A DNA stretch of 64,000 nt from Monocercomonoides exilis PA203 (Eukaryota; Protista; Preaxostyla), in contig LSRY02000029.1 of the NCBI GenBank assembly GCA_001643675.2, positions 620,001-684,000 on the forward strand. Direction: 5' to 3'. The stretch's first letter is position 1. Each line of letters opens with the position of its first letter. Made by a program: the position numbers and the translations under genes. Shown one piece after another: positions 15,659-26,798 of the stretch. The notes beneath the pieces are model-generated. The model saw only the letters and a list, made by a program, of their open reading frames with translations. It searched no databases and was not told the DNA's origin.

Positions 15659-15976
15659 TTGCCTTTTTCATTTCTGGTTTTCATCTTTTATCTGTTTTCA
15701 TTTTTGGCAACTTGTCATCTTTGGATGGCAGTAGAAAGAAATTCAATTTATGTTTTGAATTTTTCACAACAGTATTTTAAAGTGTTATTCTTTCTTAAGA
15801 TTTAATACAAAATGGATCAAAAAGACAAAAGAATGTTTTTTTCATCAAATCCAAAATTATGAATAAATTGAAGGAAAAACGCATTTTAAAGCAAAAACAA
15901 ACGTGAAATGCAAAGAAAAAGTGCATACGCAAGAATAAAATAATACATTGTGTGTAAATAAAATATGAAGTGGGAT

Positions 15977-16576
15977 TTATGAGCAACGAGTTATTGTTTG
16001 ACAATTACCATGAGAATCACATTTTTTAGTGGTAACGCATCTTTGCCCAAATCCTCCACCTTGTTTAAATCCACCAAATGAAAATTGAGGACCTCCAAAT
16101 GTAAAATGAAATCCACCGAAACCCGCAAACGGATTCCCGTCACCAAATGGATTTCCTCCTGAAAATGAATTTATTTTTTCTGTTGATCCCGTTGCATCAT
16201 ATTGTTGACGAGAAGTAGGATTTGAAAGAACTTCATAAGCTTCGGATGAGACGTTCAAAAAAGTAATTTTAAGTTTTATATGAATGAATAAATTTTCGCA
16301 GAAAAAACAAAAACGAACAAAAAATATATCATAAAAAGAAAATAATTACAAAAAAAATTAAAGTAAACCATTTCCTATTTCTGCAAATTTCTCATTTGCA
16401 TGCGGGTCGTCCTTGTTTCTATCAGGATGCATTTTCAAAGACAGTTGCCGATAAGCTTGTTTAATCTCTGCTTGAGATGCTGTTTTTGGAACACCCAACA
16501 CTTTATAAAGATCTTTTTTCTTTTCCGCTCTTGAAAACCCAAATATTAAACTCAGTAATAAAATATTTGCGAGCAT
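15977..16576 (-). CDS. ER-luminal J-domain protein, DNAJB9/ERdj4-like, one intron (16368-16240)
   Basis: Signal peptide, J domain with HPD, G/F-rich region and Cys-containing C-terminus ([21 protein letters not shown]) resembling DNAJB9. Confidence 0.85.
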
Positions 16577-16795
16577 AAAAAAGCAGAAAAGTTTCTTATG
16601 ATCTTAGCCCACTATTTTATAAATTTCATTAATAATAAACACTTTTATATTATTCCTTAAAGATATTAAAAATCAAAAATTGTTTGGAATTATTCCAACA
16701 AATAACCATATTTATATTTTGATGTTTGTTTTTGTTATTTTGTTTATAATTTTGTCTCTGACGCATCTATTAAACTAATTTTTCAAGATAAAGGC

Positions 16796-17921
16796 ATGAT
16801 TATTTTGCTGTTTTTTATAAGTGCATGTAATGCGTTATATCTGATTGACGGACGGAAATACGACTTGACAAATCTTGCAAAATCTGGGTTTGTTTATGCA
16901 ATCATTTCTATGATTCTTAAATTTTAAAATGTATCCAGAACAGACTATTATAAATATTCTGTTAATGATTCAACAGTTTTCTGGAACTTTCGTTCTGCAG
17001 TCAATCCACAAAAAATTGACTCTTGCTCAAACGAGGAGCAAACTTTTGTGGCATTACAGGTCAAAAATGCTTCAAATCCCACACATCTCAAAAATGCAGA
17101 GCAATGCTGGCCAATTGCTCATACATTACCGGAACGAGTTGAAGTGATTGGAAAACATGAAGGACTTCACTTTTATTGTGTGTTATTGTGCCTTTTATAT
17201 ATTTTCATTTTATTTTGTTTTGAGATCATCACAACAGTGGAAACGGAGCATTTCACATATATCTCCGCTGCAATAAGAAGAAGCTGAGCATCGTTGGTTC
17301 AAAAATGTATGGAGTGTATTTTAATTTATTATTATTTTTAACTTTTTGAAACATGCACTATTGAAGATCCGAAGATGAGTGGAGTGTCGATTTTAACACG
17401 AAAAATGGATGCCCACTTCCCATTCCATTAAGCTTTGGAAGTGTTGCTCTGATCGTGTTATCTTGTCTTTTTGCTCTTTATCTTCTTGTTGGTATTTTTA
17501 TACAAGTATGTCTTTGCTTCTTTTCGAATTAAATAATTATATTTTATTTTAATGCTTTTATTGAACTCATAGGCCGTGTTGCATGGAAAGAGAGGACTAA
17601 AAATGCTTCCTAATTGGGAGTTCTGGTCAATGTTGCCTGGGTTGGTAATGGTATAGTAATTTTTCAGAATTAATGAACAATTTATTTGAATAACAATAAT
17701 GTTCACTTATGAATATTACATATTTTTATTTGATAAACATGTAAAAAAATTTTATAACATTTTATTTTTATAAGGACGCATTTAGATTTATGTTCTCGCC
17801 TTGCTTTGGGAAACGCAAAGATTATGTGGCTATTGAAAAAAATGCAACCCCAACGCAAAATATCCCTCCTTCAACAAATCTATATGATACAACGGAAAGC
17901 GCTGAAATACATTCATTGTGA
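16796..17921 (+). CDS. Cation-dependent mannose-6-phosphate-receptor / Atg27-like type I membrane protein (multi-exon)
   Basis: Signal peptide, YDLTNL start of an MRH-like domain, GCP, TM segment (LSFGSVALIVLSCLFALYLLVG), cytosolic GLKMLPNWEFWSMLPGLVMDAFRF motif and a YVAI YxxPhi signal; stop TGA 17919-17921. Confidence 0.75.
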
Positions 17922-19211
17922 AAGTTATGAAAAGGTTATTTCCGTGTTTTATTGTTCAATGTTAATCTAATGTGCAAATATATGCAAATTAAAAAATGAT
18001 TATTTTTTAAGTCGATAATTCGAAACTAATTTTTAATGTGAAAAAGAAAGAGGAAATAAATTAAGCATATTTAATTTTTAATATGTTTGTTTTGCATGAG
18101 TGTGATTATTTTTCAGTGAATTTGTTTTTTTCATTTTTGAGTTGTGAATAATTAACGGAAATAATTTGAAAGTGTTCTGTTTTAATGATTGTGAAGCAAT
18201 ATCGAAATAAAAATAATAATAATAAATTTTTATTTATTTATTTAACTTTCTCAGATTTCAAAATTGAGTGGATTTTCATATCAATGAACAGGTTTCAATA
18301 ATATCATAACAAAAAATTTTATGACAAGACGTATTTCAAAAAATGTGTCCAATTTGTTTGAATTTTTTGTTCACATAAGTTAATCCATAATGCATGATTC
18401 ATCAATAAAAATGCTTGAAGTTTTATATAGGTAATGATTTTTGAAATCATAACTTTTTTCGGAGTGCTGTTTTTTAAGCTTGTAAGTCTTTGGAAAGTTA
18501 TTTTTGAAAACAAATGCTAAATTCATTCCAATGGTTTCATTAACCAATGTCTTTTTCAAATTTTAGATGAAGATGTCTGCAATAAGCCATTTCATATTTC
18601 AGTGTTCATTTGGGACAAAATATTTGACTTCAGACATTTTCATTGAAAAATTATGCATCTTAGATGATCTTATTGTGATCAAAATTTTTGAAAAAAATGG
18701 GTTAATTTTTTGAAATTCATGTGATGTCACACAACATGATGTTATTATAACAATGGCGTTTGCTTTCAAAAATGAAAATCAAATTTATTTGAAATATGGT
18801 TGAGTTTCAAAATGTTATAGTGAAACGATTTTTTCATGCTTTGTGCATTAAAAGCTTGAAAGTCCGTATTTCCCCCCATTTGTTAATGTTCAATAAAATT
18901 TTTCTATTCGAAAATTTTGTAAGAAAAATAATGATTTCTTAAATAATTACCTACATGTTTTCCATTTGTTTTCAAATTTCATTGCTTGCGAAAATTATTG
19001 TGTAATAAATCATTATTTTGGCGAAATTCTTTCTTTATTAGTCTTATCTTCTTTCAACAAAAAAATTATTAATTTATTTATAATATTAAAAATGATAAAA
19101 AAAAGTGATTGTTTTTGAAATCTTCACTGTTTTTCAGTGTGTTGATCTTTGACATTGCTTTCGTCATTAACCATATAAAAGCCAAACCAATGATAAATGC
19201 ATCAAAATAGA

Positions 19212-20224
19212 TAGGGTGCACATTTTATCTTGACCTCAAAATTTTATCTCGACACAGTTTTTTTGAAACTTATTTTAGCTTTTTTGATTTGTGAAAAGGC
19301 TAAAAACAAAAACAAAATTAATATACTTCTTGATATTTTTGTTTTTCAGAATTCTGTTGAAAAAATTTTAAAAACATTTATGTTCAAAAAATTATTCAAA
19401 TTTTTTATAATTTTTGGACCCAGATCAAAGACTTGCTGGCTGTGAAGCGATTATTTCATACCGACCGTTTAAAGTCACAGCATAACAATTCTTCATTCCT
19501 ATATTATTATTTTAACTTGTTTTTGACTTTTTCAATAGAATTTTTAACCTTTTTTTCTCATTTCACTGTTTTTGCTTAAAACACGATTTTCGGAACATAT
19601 ATGAATTTATGAAAATATTAAGCACATAAAAAATAAAAACAAGGTGTTAGTTAATGTGTATTTTTGTTTAATTCGAAAAGAAAAAGTATTGAACAAGTAT
19701 TTGAAGCGAAATGGTTGAACATATGAAAATTTAGATCTGAAGATTGTTCCTCATATGCAAATATTTACTAGTTTTTTATTCAAGATATCATTTCATAACA
19801 AATTTGTTTTAATTTCATTTCGGAGAATTTTAAAACAAATGGATGCATGTCTCTGAAATCACGCTTTTTAAAAAATTGGATGAAATGAGAAAAAGTGTTA
19901 AAAAAACAAGTTGAGAAAGTTTTAAACAAGTTTAACTTATAAAAAAGAAATGATGTATTATGATATGATAGCTTAAAACTTCTAACAAAAAATATTCGAT
20001 GGAAAAGCAGCAAGTCAATGATCAAAACATTAAATTATTATAATCCTCGATCTTTTTGTTAAATAAGAAATAAAGAAAAAAAAATTCAGAATAATTAGAT
20101 TATTATATAACAAACAGTTCTGGTTATTTTTTTATTTATCACAAGCTTATGTATAGCTGAAAGCATAACAAAAAAGAAAAAGGTCAAGATAAAGAAAAAA
20201 GGTCGTGATAAAATCATATCCCTA
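19212..20224. mobile_element. Putative non-autonomous DNA transposon (1013 bp) with degenerate terminal inverted repeats
   Basis: Left end TAGGGTGCACATTTTATCTTGACCTCAAAATTTTATCTCGACAC versus reverse complement of the right end TAGGGATATGATTTTATCACGACCTTTTTTCTTTATCTTGACCT (28/44 ungapped; each end has two copies of a TTTATC(T/A)YGAC motif); 9-bp flanks CAAAATAGA / GAAAATAAA (7/9). Confidence 0.6.
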
Positions 20225-20738
20225 GAAAATAAAAAGGTAAGTTTTTCTGAAATTTGGATGAATAAATGTCTAAATTTTTTGTTAAGTCTCTTTTGTTTAA
20301 TTTTCTTATTATAATGTTATCAATTAATTTTTTCAAAAATTGTTATTTCAATTTACCAACATTTCGCAGAGCAGAAATGAATGCTTGGCGATTTTATATT
20401 TTCTTTCCTGCGTAATTTGGTGAGTTGGAATGAAAATATGTGAAAAATATCAATTTTCGTTATCATCTGATAATGAAACAAAAAGAACTTTTCAAATATT
20501 TACAGACATATAGAAAAAATTTCACAATTTTTCGACTGCAAAATTTGCTTATTATTTTTTTAATTTTTAATTTTTAATATGTTTTTAAAACTGTTGTTAT
20601 TGATTTTCTAATTGTCTCGGAAAATTGAAAGTTCAATACTTCAAATTACCTTTTATTTTAAACAACTTTTTTTGCTTCAGTTATTCATTCAGAATTATTC
20701 ACTCTTATTGTTTGGAAAAAACCCATTATTGTTGAAAT

Positions 20739-22678
20739 ATGACCAATAGCGACCCAAGTATGTGATTTCTTCAATTCTTTCAATGATAAAATGTTGCTAA
20801 TCTATTTCTATTTAAGCTCCAAAGAAACCTCCAAGAAATTGGAGAAATATTAGCAACTGGTGGGCGTTTTTTGTTTTGGTTTAGTTTTTTTTCATATAAA
20901 CTCATGAAAGTAAATACTTGTATGATTTAATGCGACATTTAGGGTACTGTAAACAATCTTGGATATGTAGTTGTTAATTCTTGCGCACAACAAATTTGCG
21001 AATCTTTCCAGCAACCAAAACTTCTTGGACTTGTTCTTTGGTTCAATGCTGGCTTCGGACTTTTTATCAGAATGTTTCATAGCGCCTTTATGCTAAAAAT
21101 GTCATTTAATAGTCGAATGCTTATCGTAACAGTTGTATATATTGCTGGACTCATCGGATGTGCTTTTTCTGAGAAAGTTAATATATGGTTCGCATTTGTT
21201 ATGATCATGCTTGTAGGAGGTTCATCTAATTTGGGAGAAAGGTATGAATTGCTATATTATATTTTTGTTTGAGTTGTTTTCATCCTTTCAGTATTATTGT
21301 CGGATACATGCGTCTTTTCCCGCCGGAATCTGTTGGAGGTTTTTCAAGCGGGACTGGAGGTGCTGGTCTTCTTGGTGCTGCACTTCCTATTTTCTTCAAC
21401 TACATCCACAGCACACTAATGATCGATTTTTTGTCGTTGATTCCGACTGTAGTAATTTATTATTTGATATATGTGTTTTGGGTTAAAAGGCCAGAAGGTG
21501 CAATAATGCCAGGAAGTAAGGAAGAAAAAGAAAGAGAAGAGAAAGAAAGAACTTTTATAGAAGAAGAGGAGAAAAGAAGAATTCTCAACAAAAACGAAGG
21601 ACTGGAAAGTGAATCAGAAGAGAACACAGATTCAGATAGTGAAACAACTCTACTTTTGTATGCATCAACTGGAGTCTTTGAGAACTTTGGGAGAACATTC
21701 ATTTTTAATGAAACAAACAATTTTTTCAAAGAAATATTCAGATTTTTGTTTTTGTGCGAATTTTCTTCTTCTTATTTGTGACAAAAAAATTTTTTTTGAA
21801 TCATTTTAAAATTTCTTTCTATTCACCTTTTCAGGAGACGTCGCAAAGAATCTTCTATGAAGAGATTCTGGAGAGTGTTTAAATCGATTATATCTTTGGC
21901 CATCCAACTGATGCTTGTCTATCTTTTCGAGGTTCGAAACTTTTTTTGTCAGTAATATTTTCATTAATCATAAATCTTTTACTTTTTAATTTGACACAAA
22001 ATCTTCAAATGTTCATTGAATATTTTCTTAATCTAATTACATTTCTTCTTCTTCCTCTATTGATTATGCCATTTCTGACAGTATGTAGCTACATCAGGTG
22101 CAGCTGACGTGGCTGTTCCGAAGTCGTGGCGAAAAGCGCCAGACGCTTCATTCTTTGTGGAGCAGGCATACACCATCATCAACTTTGCATACCAGATCGG
22201 TATGCTCAATAAACGATGAAAATTTGAAAATGAAAGCATTTTTTTATAATGAATTTATTTTTGTTTTTCTTTCTTTCTTTTTTTATTTTGTTCTTAATTT
22301 TTTTCTTCAAAATCATAAAATTTTAATAATTTTTTTCGCTTTTTCCCCCCATCAATATGTGCATCATCATCAATGGAATTATTTCTCTGTATGGGGATTA
22401 TGTAATATTTTAGGGGTGTTTATAAGCAGATCTTCTTTGTCTTGTGTGAAAATCAAGCGTGTCTGGATATTAACACTCATCCAGCTGGTGAATGTTGCAT
22501 TTTGGATATTCCAAGACGCTGTTTGTGCTTTATTTTTATCATTTATTTTTTTAAATAATCTTCTTCTTCTTCTTCTTCTCTCTTTTCTGTTTCTTCTTCT
22601 TTTTCTTCCTTTTCCTCTTTTCCTTTCTTCTTCTTTCTTCTTCTTCTCTTCCTTCTCTCCCTCCCTCTCTCTCTCTCT

Positions 22679-22714
<36 letters not shown>

Positions 22715-22962
22715 CATTCCAGTTCCATTTTGTCAAGCCCGGGGGTGTGTGGATACTGTTCATCCATTCGATCTGGGTAGGGCTGATGGGAGGAGCGATG
22801 TATGTGAATGTCTTCTACCTCATCTTAAACAGCAACCTCGAAAATCACGACAAAGAACTAGCAACAAACATCGTGATGATGTTTGTCACCATCGGAATCA
22901 CACTTGCTGCTGCCTCTTCGCTAATACTCAAAATGTGGATATTCCCTGGCGTTAGCGATTGA
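20739..22962 (+). CDS. CLN3: CLN3/battenin (Btn1) family lysosomal membrane protein (multi-exon)
   Basis: GTVNNLGYVVV, SNLGE, FSSGTGGAGLLGA, LVYLFE|Y, YQI|GVFISRSS and GLMGGAMYVNVFY are CLN3 hallmark motifs; first exon less certain. Confidence 0.9.
22558..22714 (+). repeat. CTT/CT microsatellite plus a ~30-nt poly-T run in the last CLN3 intron
   Basis: About 155 nt of almost pure pyrimidines immediately before the acceptor near 22722. Confidence 0.85.
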
Positions 22963-23283
22963 GAGGCAGGGAGAGATCAACGTCAAAGGAAATAGTGGAT
23001 ATAACTATTACTATTTTATGACTGCTTATGATGATTTTTCTTCTTTAATTGTTTTGCTTTTTGAGAATAATGAAAATTCTTAAGGAAGGAAAATTTGTTT
23101 CAATTTTCTTATCTATTTCCAGCTATTTTAACGAGGTCTTGTTTTGATTTAAACTGTTAACAGCACAACACATCATTTACTATACATTTCACTCTTTATT
23201 TATGAAATCGGAAATACTTTGAAAATGATTGAATTTTTATCTTGAAATAAAATAAGGGATTGATCATTGAATAATTGGTTCTT

Positions 23284-24648
23284 ATGTATCGCACAATTTA
23301 CGACGATGGTGTGCAAAAAATTAAGCATAGAATGTTGCATTCATACAATCGATTTTATTTTTATGTATTCTCATGCATTTATTGAATTTGCAAAAATATT
23401 TTTAAACAATTCTAAATAAAGATGTTTGCACATGGTCACCACAGGGAAGAATTTTCCAAGTGGAATACGCAATGGAAGCTGTCAAACAAGGGTCTGCATG
23501 CCTTGCAGCAAGATCCGATACTCACGTTTGACCTCGTTGTCTTCATTTTTCCGTAAAAATAAAATTTCATTTTGAAATAGATTGTTCTAGCAGCATATAA
23601 GCGTGTTGAAACACAAAAGAAAATATACAAGATTGACGATCAGTTAGGCTGTGTTATTTCTGGTTTGAAAATATACCTACATTATGAATAATGACAAATA
23701 ACCAATAAATATATTTTTATTCGACATATTTCAACCAGGTTTGAATGCGGATGCAAGAAAATTGTCACAATACATGAAAGATACGTGTATGAGACATAAA
23801 TATACAAACGAAACCACTATTCCCACTTCTAGATTAGTTGTTCAAGTCGCAAATCGTTTGTTTTTTTTCCAGAAAGCTATCTCATTTTTGTAAATATTAC
23901 ACCCTTCATATGTTCAGGCGCACAGAAAAGGACAATGGGATTTGGAAGCAGACCATTTGGCGTTGGATTAATAATAACCGGAGTTGATGTTTGATTTTTC
24001 AGAGTTTTCATTTCGTGCAAATTATTAATTCATGATTTTTATTTTCAATAGAAATCTGGACCTCATTTGTATTATGCTGACCCTGCAGGAAATTATACAG
24101 AATATTTTGCACAAGCGATGGGTGCAAGATCTCAGGCATCAAAAACATATTTGGAAAGGCATTTCAAATCATTCCCAAAAGGTAGTAAATAAATTCAATT
24201 TCTTTCAAAATTTCATGTTTCAAACTTATTCAACTTCAATTTTGCCAATCTAAAATACTTGACTTCTTAACCTAAAAATCAACGCAATGATTTATTTTTT
24301 TCTTTAGCTAATCTGGAACAACTGACATCACATGTACTACATGCATTACAAGCATCAAGTGGAGATGAAGAATTGGATGCATCAACATGCAGCGTTGCAG
24401 CTGTTGGCATTGGAATGGAGTTTAAGGAATATTCAGATGAGGAAGTTGCTGAATTGGTTTGCAATGTTCATATTTTTATTTTATGATAAAGTTTTTGTTT
24501 ATTTTCTGTTTTTTCTGAACATCAAAAACTTTGAAAAATTATTCATAACTATCTACTGTTGAATAATTGTGCTTGAATGAACCTCACAAAAATTCAGTTG
24601 GAAAAAGCGAAGCATTTCGATATCGCATCATCAACATTCACTGAATAA
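23284..24648 (+). CDS. PSMA1: 20S proteasome subunit alpha type-1 (alpha6), multi-exon
   Basis: MYRTIYDD|[68 protein letters not shown]; stop TAA 24646-24648. Confidence 0.95.
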
Positions 24649-24932
24649 ATTCGTTGAATCTATTTTTGATTATTTGCTTTTTATTTGAAACACGTCTCAC
24701 AAAAAATTTCCAAATAGTAAAATATAATTCGCAGCAGCTGTTAACGAACACATCTTAAACGCATTTTGAGAACAAGATGTTAGAACAATTCAAGTTAAAA
24801 AAAAAACAAAATCTTCATTCACAAATATTTTTGATTGATTCGTTGAAATGAAAGAAACCGCACTGAAATAAAAACAAAAATTGAAGGAATATAGAAAAAC
24901 TGAAAAAATAAAACAGTACAACATCAACATAA

Positions 24933-25572
24933 TCAGTGGACACCAGACGGAGACAACCTCGCATCCAAAAATTCCACCATTTTATTGATTTTATCTGTAA
25001 AAGTTGGACTTTCTATTTTTTGCTCAGGTTTTGAAAAAGGTCCACAGAAATGCTTAACATACACACTATGAATTTCTCTCATAAACTTAAAACAATTTGG
25101 AGAATCATGAATTACGTCCACACAAAATGATTGCAAACCGGCTCTACAAGTGCTTTATCAACATCACTTCGATCAAACATCACCAAAATTTTAGTTAACG
25201 TTTGAGTTATGTACCCATGACTGAACAATGAAATGAATGTGAAACGTATTTATCTAAATGAACCAAAACATCAATAATTCAAACATTTTTTGATCATCAA
25301 ATGGATAAATTGGCCCTTGATAAAAACTTTTTCCTTTAAAAGGATTTTGCTCAGATTCCACTATTCATTAGTATAAAAGCGTTTCCAGAGTTACAATGAA
25401 TGAATAAAATCTTAACAAATAAAATTATTATCACACATTTCTCAAGGCACACATCAAGTGCACAATACATTATATGATGCAACTGTAATGCATCAACCAT
25501 TCCATATGTTTTGAGGAACAGTGGCGCATTTCCTGGGGAGCATATCGCAACACAAACAACTTTTGCACACAT
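24933..25572 (-). CDS. TRAPPC2L: TRAPPC2L/Tca17 sedlin-family longin subunit of TRAPP
   Basis: VCVAICSPGNAPLFLK...LHHIMYCALDVCLEK, HGYITQTLTKILVM and REIHSVYVKHFCGPF match the sedlin fold pattern; several short introns. Confidence 0.8.
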
Positions 25573-25721
25573 TGAAATTTCTTAAGGGTTAAAAATTTTC
25601 TTATTCTCATTAAAAGTGAGATATATAATAAGAAATAGATAAAATTTAAGGTTGTTAAAAATAATTGGATTGAACAAAATATATAATATTATGGGAAAGA
25701 AAAGGTTGAAAATTATTATAA

Positions 25722-26500
25722 ATGGCTACTCCGCCAGGTATTAGAACATACAGCAAATCGTGCTTGTATGCAAATTGGTATGAAATATATATTTTTGAAG
25801 AACAACAATTATTCTTGCTTTATCCTTTTCAACTTTTGAAAATTAATAAATTTCATTAAAAGGTTTGAAGATCGTGTTCTTGAAGAAGACACAGAAAAGC
25901 TTAAATCGCGTGGATTTGAAATTGACACTTCTTCAAAATTGAAATCGTCACCGTTTGTTGTGAGACAGTCAACAGAAGGAATTACATCACATTCTGTTTA
26001 TCATGATGATTTCTCTCCTGATCGACTAAAACCTCGCTCAACAAAGCCTCCGGTTTGCAATTTATGTTTCACTTTTATATTACTTCTTTGACAATGCTTA
26101 TGTTTAAAAATTTCCAAAAATTTTACAATATAATTATTTTTCTTTAAAGTCAACTGATGCAACTTTGGGTTACGCTACTCACATAACAAATACTAAGACT
26201 CGTTCAATGAAGAAAGAAAATCAATTTGAAACAACGCAGCGCGATTATGGAAAAAATATTACTTTTACTCCCTTGGAGAGAGATTGTACTGGGGAAATCA
26301 TCAGTACTGATCCTGCAAAAGAGCGAGTATTTGTGATGCCTGAAGCAGGGCACTCTGAAGATGCTCAAGAATTTATGAAGACAAGATCAATGGAATTGAG
26401 TGGAACGATTGAAGGAAAACCTCGAACGAATTTTCGTCGAACTTCTTACTTTACTCAACCTCTCGAAAAATACACCGGCTCTAAATGGAAAGATTTATGA
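25722..26500 (+). CDS. Ciliary microtubule-inner-protein-like, NWE motif (CFAP95/CFAP107/CFAP68 type)
   Basis: YSKSCLYANW|FEDR (NWxExR motif), later SVYHDDF and TTQRDY Mn-like motifs; 3 exons. Confidence 0.6.
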
Positions 26501-26798
26501 AGTTTATAAGCACTTTATAGCATTTTCGTTGAAAGAGACAGCATTTTCATTATTTATTATTTTGTTTTATATTCACTTCAGAGCACTTCTATAACTTTAT
26601 TTTCTTATTTCTTTGCTTTAAACCGCAATTATGAAACAATTGACTCAAATCGAAGGAATTTTTCTTTATTGAGACAAAATCAAACTATAAAACAAAACAA
26701 AACAAAAATACTCAATAATCATTTCCCCCCAACAATAATTAAATCACTCACATTTGCCCCCACAAAAGATGAGTTACATAGAAATGCTAAGAAATGCC

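Noticed and set aside
18300-18700. Possible decayed transposase on the minus strand (IFIDES and CRHL motifs)
   Set aside because: The motifs are short, lie in different stop-riddled frames and are expected by chance
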